Of a DNA stretch of 64,000 nucleotides, positions 45,035-53,093 are shown piece after piece. Both the position numbers and the translations under genes were made by a program. The stretch spans positions 14,708 through 78,707 of the forward strand of contig JBBRDU010000001.1 in assembly GCA_038203615.1 (NCBI GenBank), given 5' to 3'. Each line of letters opens with the position of its first letter. Position 1 is the stretch's first letter. The notes beneath the pieces are model-generated. The model searched no databases. It saw only the letters and a program-made list of their open reading frames with translations, and was not told the DNA's origin. Origin of the DNA: Chthoniobacterales bacterium. Lineage in GTDB: Bacteria > Verrucomicrobiota > Verrucomicrobiia > Chthoniobacterales > UBA10450.

Positions 45035-45172
45035 ATGGGCGATCGAAATCCGAAATCAGTACAAAAACAGGCGGCGCAAAAACAGTCGAAGAATAACGCG
45101 GCCAAGCAGCAGAAGGGACAGGCGGCAGCGGCCAAACAACAGGCGGGCAATAGCGGGAAACGCGGGAAGTGA
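45035..45172 (+). CDS. possible 45-aa Lys/Gln-rich basic protein
   Basis: Not in the track (<60 aa). ATG 45035 is preceded by AGGGTGA. Translation: MGDRNPKSVQKQAAQKQSKNNAAKQQKGQAAAAKQQAGNSGKRGK*. No family recognised. Confidence 0.3.
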   Translation: MGDRNPKSVQKQAAQKQSKNNAAKQQKGQAAAAKQQAGNSGKRGK

Positions 45173-45301
45173 ATTCTGGCAAAGTAACGATCGGAGTTGT
45201 CACCAGTTTTCGCGGTGGCACAGCGGCTGCTAAATAAGGGTCAAAGCTCGGGAGTCACTTAAAAATACCTTAACTTAACGTTCCCTTTCGATAGCTTTTG
45301 C

Positions 45302-45332
45302 AGCGGGATCAGAAATGATCCCGCTTCTTTTT
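45302..45332 (+). terminator. rho-independent terminator
   Basis: AGCGGGATC-AGAAAT-GATCCCGCT followed by TCTTTTT. Confidence 0.65.
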
Positions 45333-45448
45333 ATTCTCGGTGAGTGCCGAGAAAGGTCGCGACCCTGAGGTCCCTCCCACGTTGGGGCAGGACAAAGATA
45401 CGGGAGGCGATTGAGATCAATCGCCCCGACCTGACCGCTGACTTCCGA

Positions 45449-45811
45449 CTAATTTGCGGCGGCGGCGGCGGCTTTGGCCCGGGCGCGCTGATTCCAGTCG
45501 GCCCGCAGAACTTTCATCTCCGCGCTGAGCGTGACCAATCGAGGAGAGACGCCCTTGTATTTTTTGACGGCTCCGGTGACGGTTCGGGTGACGGCTCCCT
45601 GGCTGACGAGGCTCTGCAGCTTCTCGTAAGCGCGCAGGCGCAGCATCTCTTCGCCGCCGCTGGCCGCATTCATTTGCCGGAGATTGAGCAGGATAATGTC
45701 GAACAAAGGCTTGAATTCGTAGGAAGTCTTGGAGGAAAGGACGGCCACCAGCTCCTCGGTAATATTGTCAGGCGCCCGACGTGAAAAGAAAGGACCAGAG
45801 GGTTTGGACAT
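45449..45811 (-). CDS. hypothetical protein (120 aa)
   Basis: ATG at 45811 (MSKPSGPFF..). Coding-looking composition with an Ala-rich basic tail. No motif recognised. Confidence 0.45.
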   Translation of the reverse strand: MSKPSGPFFSRRAPDNITEELVAVLSSKTSYEFKPLFDIILLNLRQMNAASGGEEMLRLRAYEKLQSLVSQGAVTRTVTGAVKKYKGVSPRLVTLSAEMKVLRADWNQRARAKAAAAAAN

Positions 45812-45922
45812 CAATGATCATAGCACTGATCCGGGAAATAGCGACAAACAGACTCCAGGCGGCAGGAGGCGACGGCATCGCCGCCCGCAGTCTCACATTG
45901 CCAGGAAGCGTCGCGCGGCAGG

Positions 45923-46609
45923 CTACTTCTTGCGCGTGTAATTGATCTCCATCGTCTTGGCCTCTTTGCCGTCGCGATCTTCGTACCATTCAAAGATCAT
46001 GTAGTTTTTGCCAGTCAGCTTAAGGACCTCGCGAAACTTTTGTTTCATTCCCGGCATTATTTCCATTTCGCCGGTGTAGGTGAAGGTTTTGGTGGCGACG
46101 TCATAATCGCCTTCCGACATCACGATGCCGGTGCCCATGTTATCCATCCAGGTGCCGATAAATTTCTTCTTCACGTTGTCGTATGCTTCCATGCTGTGGC
46201 CTTTGAAAGTCATGTCCTTTGGTTTTCCATCGGGGCCAGGCATCTGCATCTTGCCGGTGACGTCCATGGTGACGTAGCGCCCGTCCAGAATCGATTTGCG
46301 GACGGCGGTGCCTTTTGATTCCTGCGGCTTAGCGTTTGGATCCATCCACCATTTGGTGGTGTAATCCCAGTTACCGTCGAGACTGGCCAGCAGCTTGTGG
46401 TTCTCGTTCGTCTTCCCGAATTCCATCATTTGGGCCATCATCTTCTGCATGTCCGCTGCGCTGGAGGCGCCCGCAGTTGGCGCGCCGACCGGACTGGTCA
46501 CGGCGGTGACCGGGCTGGCTTTGTCTTGCGCAAATGAGGGGGCGCCCGCAAGCGCAGCCGCCAGCGCGATGAGGAGGGTATGAAAGAATGAAGCAGGGTT
46601 AGGTTTCAT
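45923..46609 (-). CDS. DUF1579-family secreted protein
   Basis: Signal peptide (..LIALAAALAGAPSFA). The body (..LDGNWDYTTKWWMDP..GRYV..YDNVKKKFIGTWMDNMGTG..) is as I recall DUF1579. Confidence 0.65.
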   Translation of the reverse strand: MKPNPASFFHTLLIALAAALAGAPSFAQDKASPVTAVTSPVGAPTAGASSAADMQKMMAQMMEFGKTNENHKLLASLDGNWDYTTKWWMDPNAKPQESKGTAVRKSILDGRYVTMDVTGKMQMPGPDGKPKDMTFKGHSMEAYDNVKKKFIGTWMDNMGTGIVMSEGDYDVATKTFTYTGEMEIMPGMKQKFREVLKLTGKNYMIFEWYEDRDGKEAKTMEINYTRKK

Positions 46610-46713
46610 GGCGCGATTGTCTTCCTCGGAAAACCGTTAGGTCAAGCTAAAGGGGCAAGATTCGCCGGCTCGATTCGCCGGAGAAGGACACGTCCGCGCC
46701 GGCCCGACTGCCG

Positions 46714-47865
46714 TTAGGCTACTGCTTCACGGAAGGCGGACAGGAATGCTTCCATCTCAGCCTTCTTGCCAATGGTGATGCGCATGTGGTTGGGGAGCGC
46801 CGGAAAAAGACGACCGACCTGGACGTGGCGCTGTTTGGTCGCTTCGATCAGCGGTTTCACCGGGCGCCGAAGATCGGTCATGATGAAGTTGGCCTGGGAA
46901 GCGATGGTTTTGTAGCCCATCTTTTCGAGCTCGCTGACCGTGAATGCCTTGGCCTCGCTGTTCAGGCGTCGACCGTTTGCCACCTGGTCGGGGTCGTTCA
47001 GGCTCGCGCCGGCAGCGGCGATGGCCATGATGCTCACGCTGTCCCACGGCTGATGTGGACGCATCCGATCGATCGTTTCCTTTTGTCCTACGCAATATCC
47101 ACAACGCAGCCCCGCCATTCCATAAATCTTGGAGAAGGTGCGTGCCACCAGCAGGTTCGGATAATCTTTGATCAACGGAATGACACTCTCGTAGTCCGAG
47201 CTGTCGGCGTAATGGAAATAGGCTTCGTCCACCAGGATCATGGTCTGGCGCGGTGTTTTGGCGATGAAGTCCCGGACCTGGTCCTTGGGCGTGATGCTGG
47301 CGGTGGGGTTGTTGGGGTTGCAGACATAAATGAGGCCGCCTTTGGCCGCGGCCAGCATTTTGGGCAGATCATGACTGAAGCTGGATGTGAGCGGAACTTT
47401 CACGACCTCGGCACCCGCGACGTGCGCGTGATTGAGGATCGCTTCGAAAGTCGGATCGGCCACGACGAGGGGGCCTTGCCGTGATCCCGTGGCCGTGTCC
47501 TTTGTGGCGGGCCCGGTGAAGGCCGCGGCGCAAAGTTTCAGAATCTCGCCCGAGCCGTCGCCCAACAGGATTTGGTCGGGATTAACGCCGTTGATTTTGG
47601 CGAGGGCATCGGCTAGCCCGTCGGCATGTTCATCCGGATAACGATTCGCTTGGGGGAACGAATCGGTCATCGCTTTCAGCGCCTGCAGGGAAGGGCCGTA
47701 AGGATTTTCGTTGGAACTTAAGCGGACGACGGCTTGGGCGGCGGGAGCGCCTAGCGGGGCGGTGGTTTCCTGCGCGGAATAGGCGCGCGAGAACGCGGTG
47801 GCGGCGGCGCTGGCGCCTAACAACTGGGCGAACTGACGTCGGGAAATGGAGAGTTTATTATTCAT
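46714..47865 (-). CDS. HisC-like class I/II aminotransferase with a twin-arginine signal peptide
   Basis: MNNKLSISRRQFAQLLGASAAATAFSRAYSA (SRRxF Tat motif). PLP-lysine block TFSKIYGMAGLRCGY. Confidence 0.85.
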   Translation of the reverse strand: MNNKLSISRRQFAQLLGASAAATAFSRAYSAQETTAPLGAPAAQAVVRLSSNENPYGPSLQALKAMTDSFPQANRYPDEHADGLADALAKINGVNPDQILLGDGSGEILKLCAAAFTGPATKDTATGSRQGPLVVADPTFEAILNHAHVAGAEVVKVPLTSSFSHDLPKMLAAAKGGLIYVCNPNNPTASITPKDQVRDFIAKTPRQTMILVDEAYFHYADSSDYESVIPLIKDYPNLLVARTFSKIYGMAGLRCGYCVGQKETIDRMRPHQPWDSVSIMAIAAAGASLNDPDQVANGRRLNSEAKAFTVSELEKMGYKTIASQANFIMTDLRRPVKPLIEATKQRHVQVGRLFPALPNHMRITIGKKAEMEAFLSAFREAVA

Positions 47866-48011
47866 GGTATGGAGGATGGCTCGCCTGCGACCTCGCGGCG
47901 GCGTGACAAGCACGCTCCATTCTGCCGTTCAGAGGGCCACTTTGTCAGCCATATTCGCGCAGGCTCTTCGCCGGCCTTGGTTCGCCGCGGGATTGATCGC
48001 TTTGCGTCGCG

Positions 48012-49499
48012 TTAAGGCAGGGTGGCGCTGATCCGGGAAACCAAACTCGCTGGGTTCAGGCCGAGAAAGAGAACGATGGCGGCGAGAGCAGCCAGGGAAG
48101 CCTGTTGCCATGGATCTCGGGGAAGGCTGGCCGGGCTGGTTGTTCCAGCGGACGGTTTCTGGTCGGTAAAAATCACTTTGAGCACGATCAGGTAATAATA
48201 GAGAGAGATCAGGCTGCCGAAGAGAGCCAGGACGACCAGCCAGAGCAGGCCGTGGCTTTGGCCGGAGCGCAGGGCCGCGCTGAAGAGGTAGAATTTTCCG
48301 AAAAATCCAGCCAGCGGCGGCAGACCGGCCAACGAGAGAAGAAAGATCGTCATGCAGGCCGCGGCCAGCGGAGAACGCGCCCACAGACCGGAGAAGTTTT
48401 TGAGATCGTCTCCTCCGGTTTCGCGTCGGACCAGCGCGACGATCCCGAACGCGCCTACCAGCGTGAAGGCGTAGATGGTGGTGTAGAAGAGCGTGGCTCG
48501 GAAGCCATCGGGGCCGCCCGCGACCAGGCCGAGCAGAGTATAGCCGGCGTGGGCCACGGCCGAGTAAGCCAGGAGTCGGCGCACGTTGGATTGCACCAGT
48601 GCGACCAAATTTCCCAGGAGGATCGAGAGGGCGGCCAACGCGGCCAGCGCCGGGACCCATCCCGCGACCATGGCGTGCCAGGCGGCGCTGCCGGCCAAAG
48701 GTCCGAACCCGATGAGCACGATTTTTCCGAGTACGAAAAACGATGCGACCTTGGAACCGGACGCGATGAATGCGGCGGAGGAAATGGGCGCGCCCTGATA
48801 GGCTTCGGGCGCCCAGAGATGGAACGGGGCCGCGGCCACTTTGAAGCCGAGTCCCACGAGCGTCATGACGAGGCCGGCGGCGAGCAAAGGTTGGACGGGC
48901 GCACCGCTCAGTTTTTGAGCAATCGCCGCGAGCCCGGTGGTGCCGGACATGCCATAGACCAGGCTCAGTCCGAAGAGAGTGAAGGCGCTGGCCGTGCTGC
49001 CGAAGAGGAAATACTTGAGGCCCGCCTCAGCGGAGCGGACATCGGTTTTGTCGAAACCGGTCATGATATAAAGGGACAGACCGGTGAGTTCGAGCCCGAT
49101 AAAGATCATGAGAAGCTCCTCGCTGCCGACGAGCAGCAGGAGGCCGACGGTGGCGAGGAGCAGCATGGCGAGGTACTCGCCGCGGTTTTGCAGGAGCTTT
49201 TGCCCGTGAGCGAGGAGCACGGTGAAGAAGGCGAGGACGAGGCAGATGATCTTGAAGAGCGAGGTGAGCGGAGAGATCACGATCATGCCGCCGAACAGAC
49301 GGGCCTCCTGAGGTAGCATGGAAACCGTGACAATGGCGCCGGCTATTCCCGCGACCGCGGCCAGGGAGCAGAGCCTGCTTCCGCCTGTCTTTCGCTTATT
49401 CGTTAGGCCAAGGCCGAGGACGAGCAGCGCGGTCACGACCACGACGATCTCGGGCGACACCAGTTTGACCAGGTCGAAATAGTTCACAGCGGCGTTCAC
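48012..49499 (-). CDS. nuoN: NADH-quinone oxidoreductase subunit N
   Basis: 495-aa antiporter-like subunit, last in the nuo order. GTG start. Confidence 0.9.
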   Translation of the reverse strand: MNAAVNYFDLVKLVSPEIVVVVTALLVLGLGLTNKRKTGGSRLCSLAAVAGIAGAIVTVSMLPQEARLFGGMIVISPLTSLFKIICLVLAFFTVLLAHGQKLLQNRGEYLAMLLLATVGLLLLVGSEELLMIFIGLELTGLSLYIMTGFDKTDVRSAEAGLKYFLFGSTASAFTLFGLSLVYGMSGTTGLAAIAQKLSGAPVQPLLAAGLVMTLVGLGFKVAAAPFHLWAPEAYQGAPISSAAFIASGSKVASFFVLGKIVLIGFGPLAGSAAWHAMVAGWVPALAALAALSILLGNLVALVQSNVRRLLAYSAVAHAGYTLLGLVAGGPDGFRATLFYTTIYAFTLVGAFGIVALVRRETGGDDLKNFSGLWARSPLAAACMTIFLLSLAGLPPLAGFFGKFYLFSAALRSGQSHGLLWLVVLALFGSLISLYYYLIVLKVIFTDQKPSAGTTSPASLPRDPWQQASLAALAAIVLFLGLNPASLVSRISATLP

Positions 49500-49512
49500 A
49501 AGTGGCTCGCTC

Positions 49513-50997
49513 TCATTTCAGGAATCTCATGGCTGCAACGGCTGGCATGATCCGGTCGAAGAGAAATTTGGGATAAACACCGGCGGCCAGGGTGGCGAGC
49601 ATGAGCAGGGCTGCGCCGCATTTCTCGGCCAAAGTGATGGGCTCGAGCACGGGCTGGTGCGCCCCGGCGCTTTCGGTGCCTTCCGTCGTCTTGTCGTCCG
49701 CGCTGAAAAACGACTTCTTCAAAGCGCGCAGGGTAAACGCCGCCACCAGCACCATGCCGGCGCCGGTGATCCAGACCGCCAGCGGAAAGGCTTTCCATGT
49801 TCCGATCAGGATGGTGATTTCAGCGGCGAATCCGCTGAAGCCCGGAATGCCCATGGAGGCAGCCGAGGCGATGACAAAGGCGAAGGCAGCGAAAGGCAGG
49901 GCCCGACTCAAGTCCATGGTCGAAAGCGCATCGAGATCGCGCGTGTGGGTGCGCGGGTAGATCATGCGCCCGGCGATGGCGAAGAGGAGTGCGCCGATGA
50001 CGCCGTGCGAGAACATTTGCAGGACCGCCCCGGAGACCCCGAGCGCGTTGGCCGTGGCGAGACCCAACAAGACGAAGCCCATGTGACTGACACTCGAATA
50101 TCCGATGACGAATTTAAGGTCGCGTTGCCGGAGCGCGACGGCGGCCGCGTAAACAATCCCGATGACAGCGGCGACGGCGATCCAATGGCGCCACATCTGG
50201 AACCCTTCCGGGAACAAATTCATAGCTACGCGCAGGGCGCCGTAAGCGCCGAGCTTCATGACGATGCCCGCGAGCAACATGGAACCAGCGGTGGGCGCGG
50301 CGACGTGGCCGGTGGGCGCCCATGTGTGCAACGGCCAGAGACCGGCCAGCACGGCGAACCCGAGAAATAAAACCGGGAACGCCCAGGCCTGAAGTTGCGG
50401 CGGGAAGGGGAAGCGCGCAAGTTGTTGAAGGTCGAGCGAGGAGGCCAGGCCGCTTTGACTGGCGGCGACGTAGGCGGCCAGGATACCAATGAAGACGAGC
50501 GCGCCGCCGAAGAAGGAATAGAGCGTCAACTTCATGGCGCCGTACTCCTTCCGGGTCGATCCCCAGAGCGCGATCAGGAAATATTTCGGGACAATGACGA
50601 GTTCGTAGAAAACGAAGAAGAGAAAGAGATCGGCGCTGAGGAAGACCCCATAGGAGCCGCCGACCACGAGCAGTAACCAGAAAAAAAACTCGTTAGGCCG
50701 TTCCTTCACGTCCCAGGAAAAAAGAATGGCACTGACGGCGGTCAGGCTGGTGACGAGACACATGGTCAGGCTGATCCCGTCCGCCGCCAGATGATAATTC
50801 ATCCCGAGGTTAGCCACCCAGGGGATATTGATAATGGTTTGGAAGGCGCCGAAATCGGTCGTCTGAAAGAAGGCGCGGAAAGTGATGACGGAACCGGCCA
50901 CGGCGGTGAGCAGGGCGATCCAGCGCGACCAAACGCGCGGCAGGACCAGCAACAGCACGGCGCCGGCGAACGTGATGTAAATGGTCCAGGCGATCAT
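49513..50997 (-). CDS. nuoM: NADH-quinone oxidoreductase subunit M, paralog 2
   Basis: ..HLAADGISLTMCLVTSL.., FYELVIVPKYFLIALWGS..KEYGAMKL. The ATG overlaps the ORF6N stop (ATGA). Confidence 0.9.
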   Translation of the reverse strand: MIAWTIYITFAGAVLLLVLPRVWSRWIALLTAVAGSVITFRAFFQTTDFGAFQTIINIPWVANLGMNYHLAADGISLTMCLVTSLTAVSAILFSWDVKERPNEFFFWLLLVVGGSYGVFLSADLFLFFVFYELVIVPKYFLIALWGSTRKEYGAMKLTLYSFFGGALVFIGILAAYVAASQSGLASSLDLQQLARFPFPPQLQAWAFPVLFLGFAVLAGLWPLHTWAPTGHVAAPTAGSMLLAGIVMKLGAYGALRVAMNLFPEGFQMWRHWIAVAAVIGIVYAAAVALRQRDLKFVIGYSSVSHMGFVLLGLATANALGVSGAVLQMFSHGVIGALLFAIAGRMIYPRTHTRDLDALSTMDLSRALPFAAFAFVIASAASMGIPGFSGFAAEITILIGTWKAFPLAVWITGAGMVLVAAFTLRALKKSFFSADDKTTEGTESAGAHQPVLEPITLAEKCGAALLMLATLAAGVYPKFLFDRIMPAVAAMRFLK

Positions 50998-51548
50998 TGA
51001 CTCTTGCCGGTTCGGTACCGCGGCGCTTTCTCGCGAACATGAAATCCGATCTCGCGCTGAGGCTTGGCCAGTGGAGCCATCAACTGCCGGATCGCTTCCA
51101 GAATGGCATCGATCTTTCGGTCATGTTTCCCGACACGCTTTTCAAGTTCGGAAAATTTTCGTGCCAATTTGCGATTTGTCTCGAGGGTCTCGCGCAGCTT
51201 CACGAACGCGCGCATGATTGCGATGTTAACACTTATGGCGCGCTCGGTGTTTAGGACGCTCGACAACATGGCTACGCCGTGTTTGGTGAAGGCGTAAGGG
51301 CGGTATTTGAGGTGCTGTCCTCTCTTTAAGGTCACAGATCGTGACCTTAAAGAGAGGGTCTCCTCCGAGCTGAGCTGAAACATGAAATCCTCAGGGAAGC
51401 GCGTGGCGTTGCGCTTGACGGCCTGATTAAGCACTTTCGTCGCGACGCCATATAAAGCGGCCGGATCGAGATCGAGTAGCACCTTTTCTCCGCGCAATAA
51501 GCAAACCGCCTGCGCAATCTGTTGAAAGGGAATGATCTCCTTACTCAT
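50994..51548 (-). CDS. ORF6N/KilA-N-type DNA-binding domain protein
   Basis: ..ALYGVATKVLNQAVKRNATRFPEDFMFQLS..RPYAFTKHGVAMLSSVLNTERAISVNIAIMRAF.., plus a coiled-coil-like C-terminus. Confidence 0.8.
   Translation of the reverse strand: MSKEIIPFQQIAQAVCLLRGEKVLLDLDPAALYGVATKVLNQAVKRNATRFPEDFMFQLSSEETLSLRSRSVTLKRGQHLKYRPYAFTKHGVAMLSSVLNTERAISVNIAIMRAFVKLRETLETNRKLARKFSELEKRVGKHDRKIDAILEAIRQLMAPLAKPQREIGFHVREKAPRYRTGKSQ
51319..51357. repeat. perfect 17+17-bp palindrome inside the ORF6N gene
   Basis: CCTCTCTTTAAGGTCAC-AGATC-GTGACCTTAAAGAGAGG. It encodes ..TLSLRSRSVTLKRGQ.. Confidence 0.9.
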
Positions 51549-51620
51549 TCAGTCAAGGTAACAGATCGCTTCGTCTTCCCTGTAAGCGTGATTTCAGGAG
51601 CCATGTTAGTCTAGCGTCCG

Positions 51621-53093
51621 TCAGGCCAACAGCCGCGCCATCTGCACGACGGTGGTGTTGAAGATGTTGAAAAGGAATTGGGGGGAGATGCCGATGGCGA
51701 ACATGAGTAACGTGACCGGCACGATCACAAGTTTTTCGCGGCGCATGAGATCGGGGAAGGCGGCGCAGGTTTGCGCGAGTGGACCGCTGAAGAGCAATTG
51801 CATGGCGCGGAGGAAGACTATGGCGGTGACGAGCAGACCGAGCACAGCCACGGCCGTATAAGAAGCGGTCACGGCGAAGGAGCCTTTGAAGATGAGGAAT
51901 TCGCCGATGAATCCGTTCAGACCGGGCAGGCCCAGCGACGAGAACATGGCAACGCTCATCCAACCGCAGAGCAGCGGGGTGCGTTGCATGAGGCCTCCGA
52001 AATCGTGCAGGCCGCGCGCGCCGCGACGTTGCTCGAGGATACCGACGAAATAGAAGAGGGCGGCGGCGGTGATGCCGTGGTTAAAAATTTGCATAAACAC
52101 TCCGCTCAAGGCCGCCTGCATCTCGACGGCGGGACGGGTAGCCGCGCCCGAAACCGCGAAGAGACCAAGCATGCAATAGCCGAGATGGTTGATGGAGAGG
52201 TAGGCGACCATCCGTTTCAGATCCGATTGCGCCCACGCGGCGAGGGAAGCGAAGACGATCGAGCAAACGGCCAGACCGAGCAGCCAAGGAGCGAGGATTC
52301 TGATCTCGTTAGGAAAAAGCGGGAGAAGCAAACGGACAAAGCCGTAGACGCCCATCTTTGAAAGAACACCCGTCAAGACCATGGATACGCCGATGGGTGC
52401 AGTCTCATATGCGTCGGGCAGCCAGGTATGGAATGGGAAGAGCGGCACCTTCACGGCGAGGCCGAGAAAGATTCCGGCAAAGGCAAACCAGGCCAGGTGG
52501 CCGGTGAGCAGCCCACTTTTTCCAAGCGTGGCGAGCTGCCCGAAATCGAACGTTCCCTTGGCAAAATAAATTCCTAGAAAAGAGAGCAACATGGCTACGC
52601 TGCCGAGGAACGTGTAAACGAAGAATTTGGTGGCGGCGCGGTCGCGGTTGGGCCCGCCCCAGATTTTGATGAGGAGGAACGCCGGGATCAGGCTCATCTC
52701 GTAGAACAAAAACCAGAGCACGAAGTTTTGCGCGGTGAACGTGCCGTAGAGAGCGGATTGCATCACCAGCATGAGCGCGCAGAAGCCACGGCTGCCCCGT
52801 TGCGCGAAGGCGGCAAAGGGGAAAATGAGAGAGGTCAGCAGAACAAGGAGCAGGCTCAAGCCATCGAGGCCGACGAGATATTCCGCGCCGATGGCCGGGA
52901 TCCAAGCGTGACGCTCAACTAATTGCAACCCCGCCGCAGCCGAGTCGAACTTTTGCCAGAGCATCAAGGCATAAAAGGCGGAAAGCGCGTTGAACAGGAG
53001 AGCGAGGACGCGGGCCTTACGCGGCCGCCCGATGCAGAGGGCGAATGCGCCGACCAGCGGAATAAAAATGAGTCCGGTAATCAGGCCAGCCAT
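51621..53093 (-). CDS. nuoM: NADH-quinone oxidoreductase subunit M, paralog 1
   Basis: ..WIPAIGAEYLVGLDGLSLLLVLLTSL.., FYEMSLIPAFLLIKIWGG..R..AATKFF. Confidence 0.9.
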   Translation of the reverse strand: MAGLITGLIFIPLVGAFALCIGRPRKARVLALLFNALSAFYALMLWQKFDSAAAGLQLVERHAWIPAIGAEYLVGLDGLSLLLVLLTSLIFPFAAFAQRGSRGFCALMLVMQSALYGTFTAQNFVLWFLFYEMSLIPAFLLIKIWGGPNRDRAATKFFVYTFLGSVAMLLSFLGIYFAKGTFDFGQLATLGKSGLLTGHLAWFAFAGIFLGLAVKVPLFPFHTWLPDAYETAPIGVSMVLTGVLSKMGVYGFVRLLLPLFPNEIRILAPWLLGLAVCSIVFASLAAWAQSDLKRMVAYLSINHLGYCMLGLFAVSGAATRPAVEMQAALSGVFMQIFNHGITAAALFYFVGILEQRRGARGLHDFGGLMQRTPLLCGWMSVAMFSSLGLPGLNGFIGEFLIFKGSFAVTASYTAVAVLGLLVTAIVFLRAMQLLFSGPLAQTCAAFPDLMRREKLVIVPVTLLMFAIGISPQFLFNIFNTTVVQMARLLA

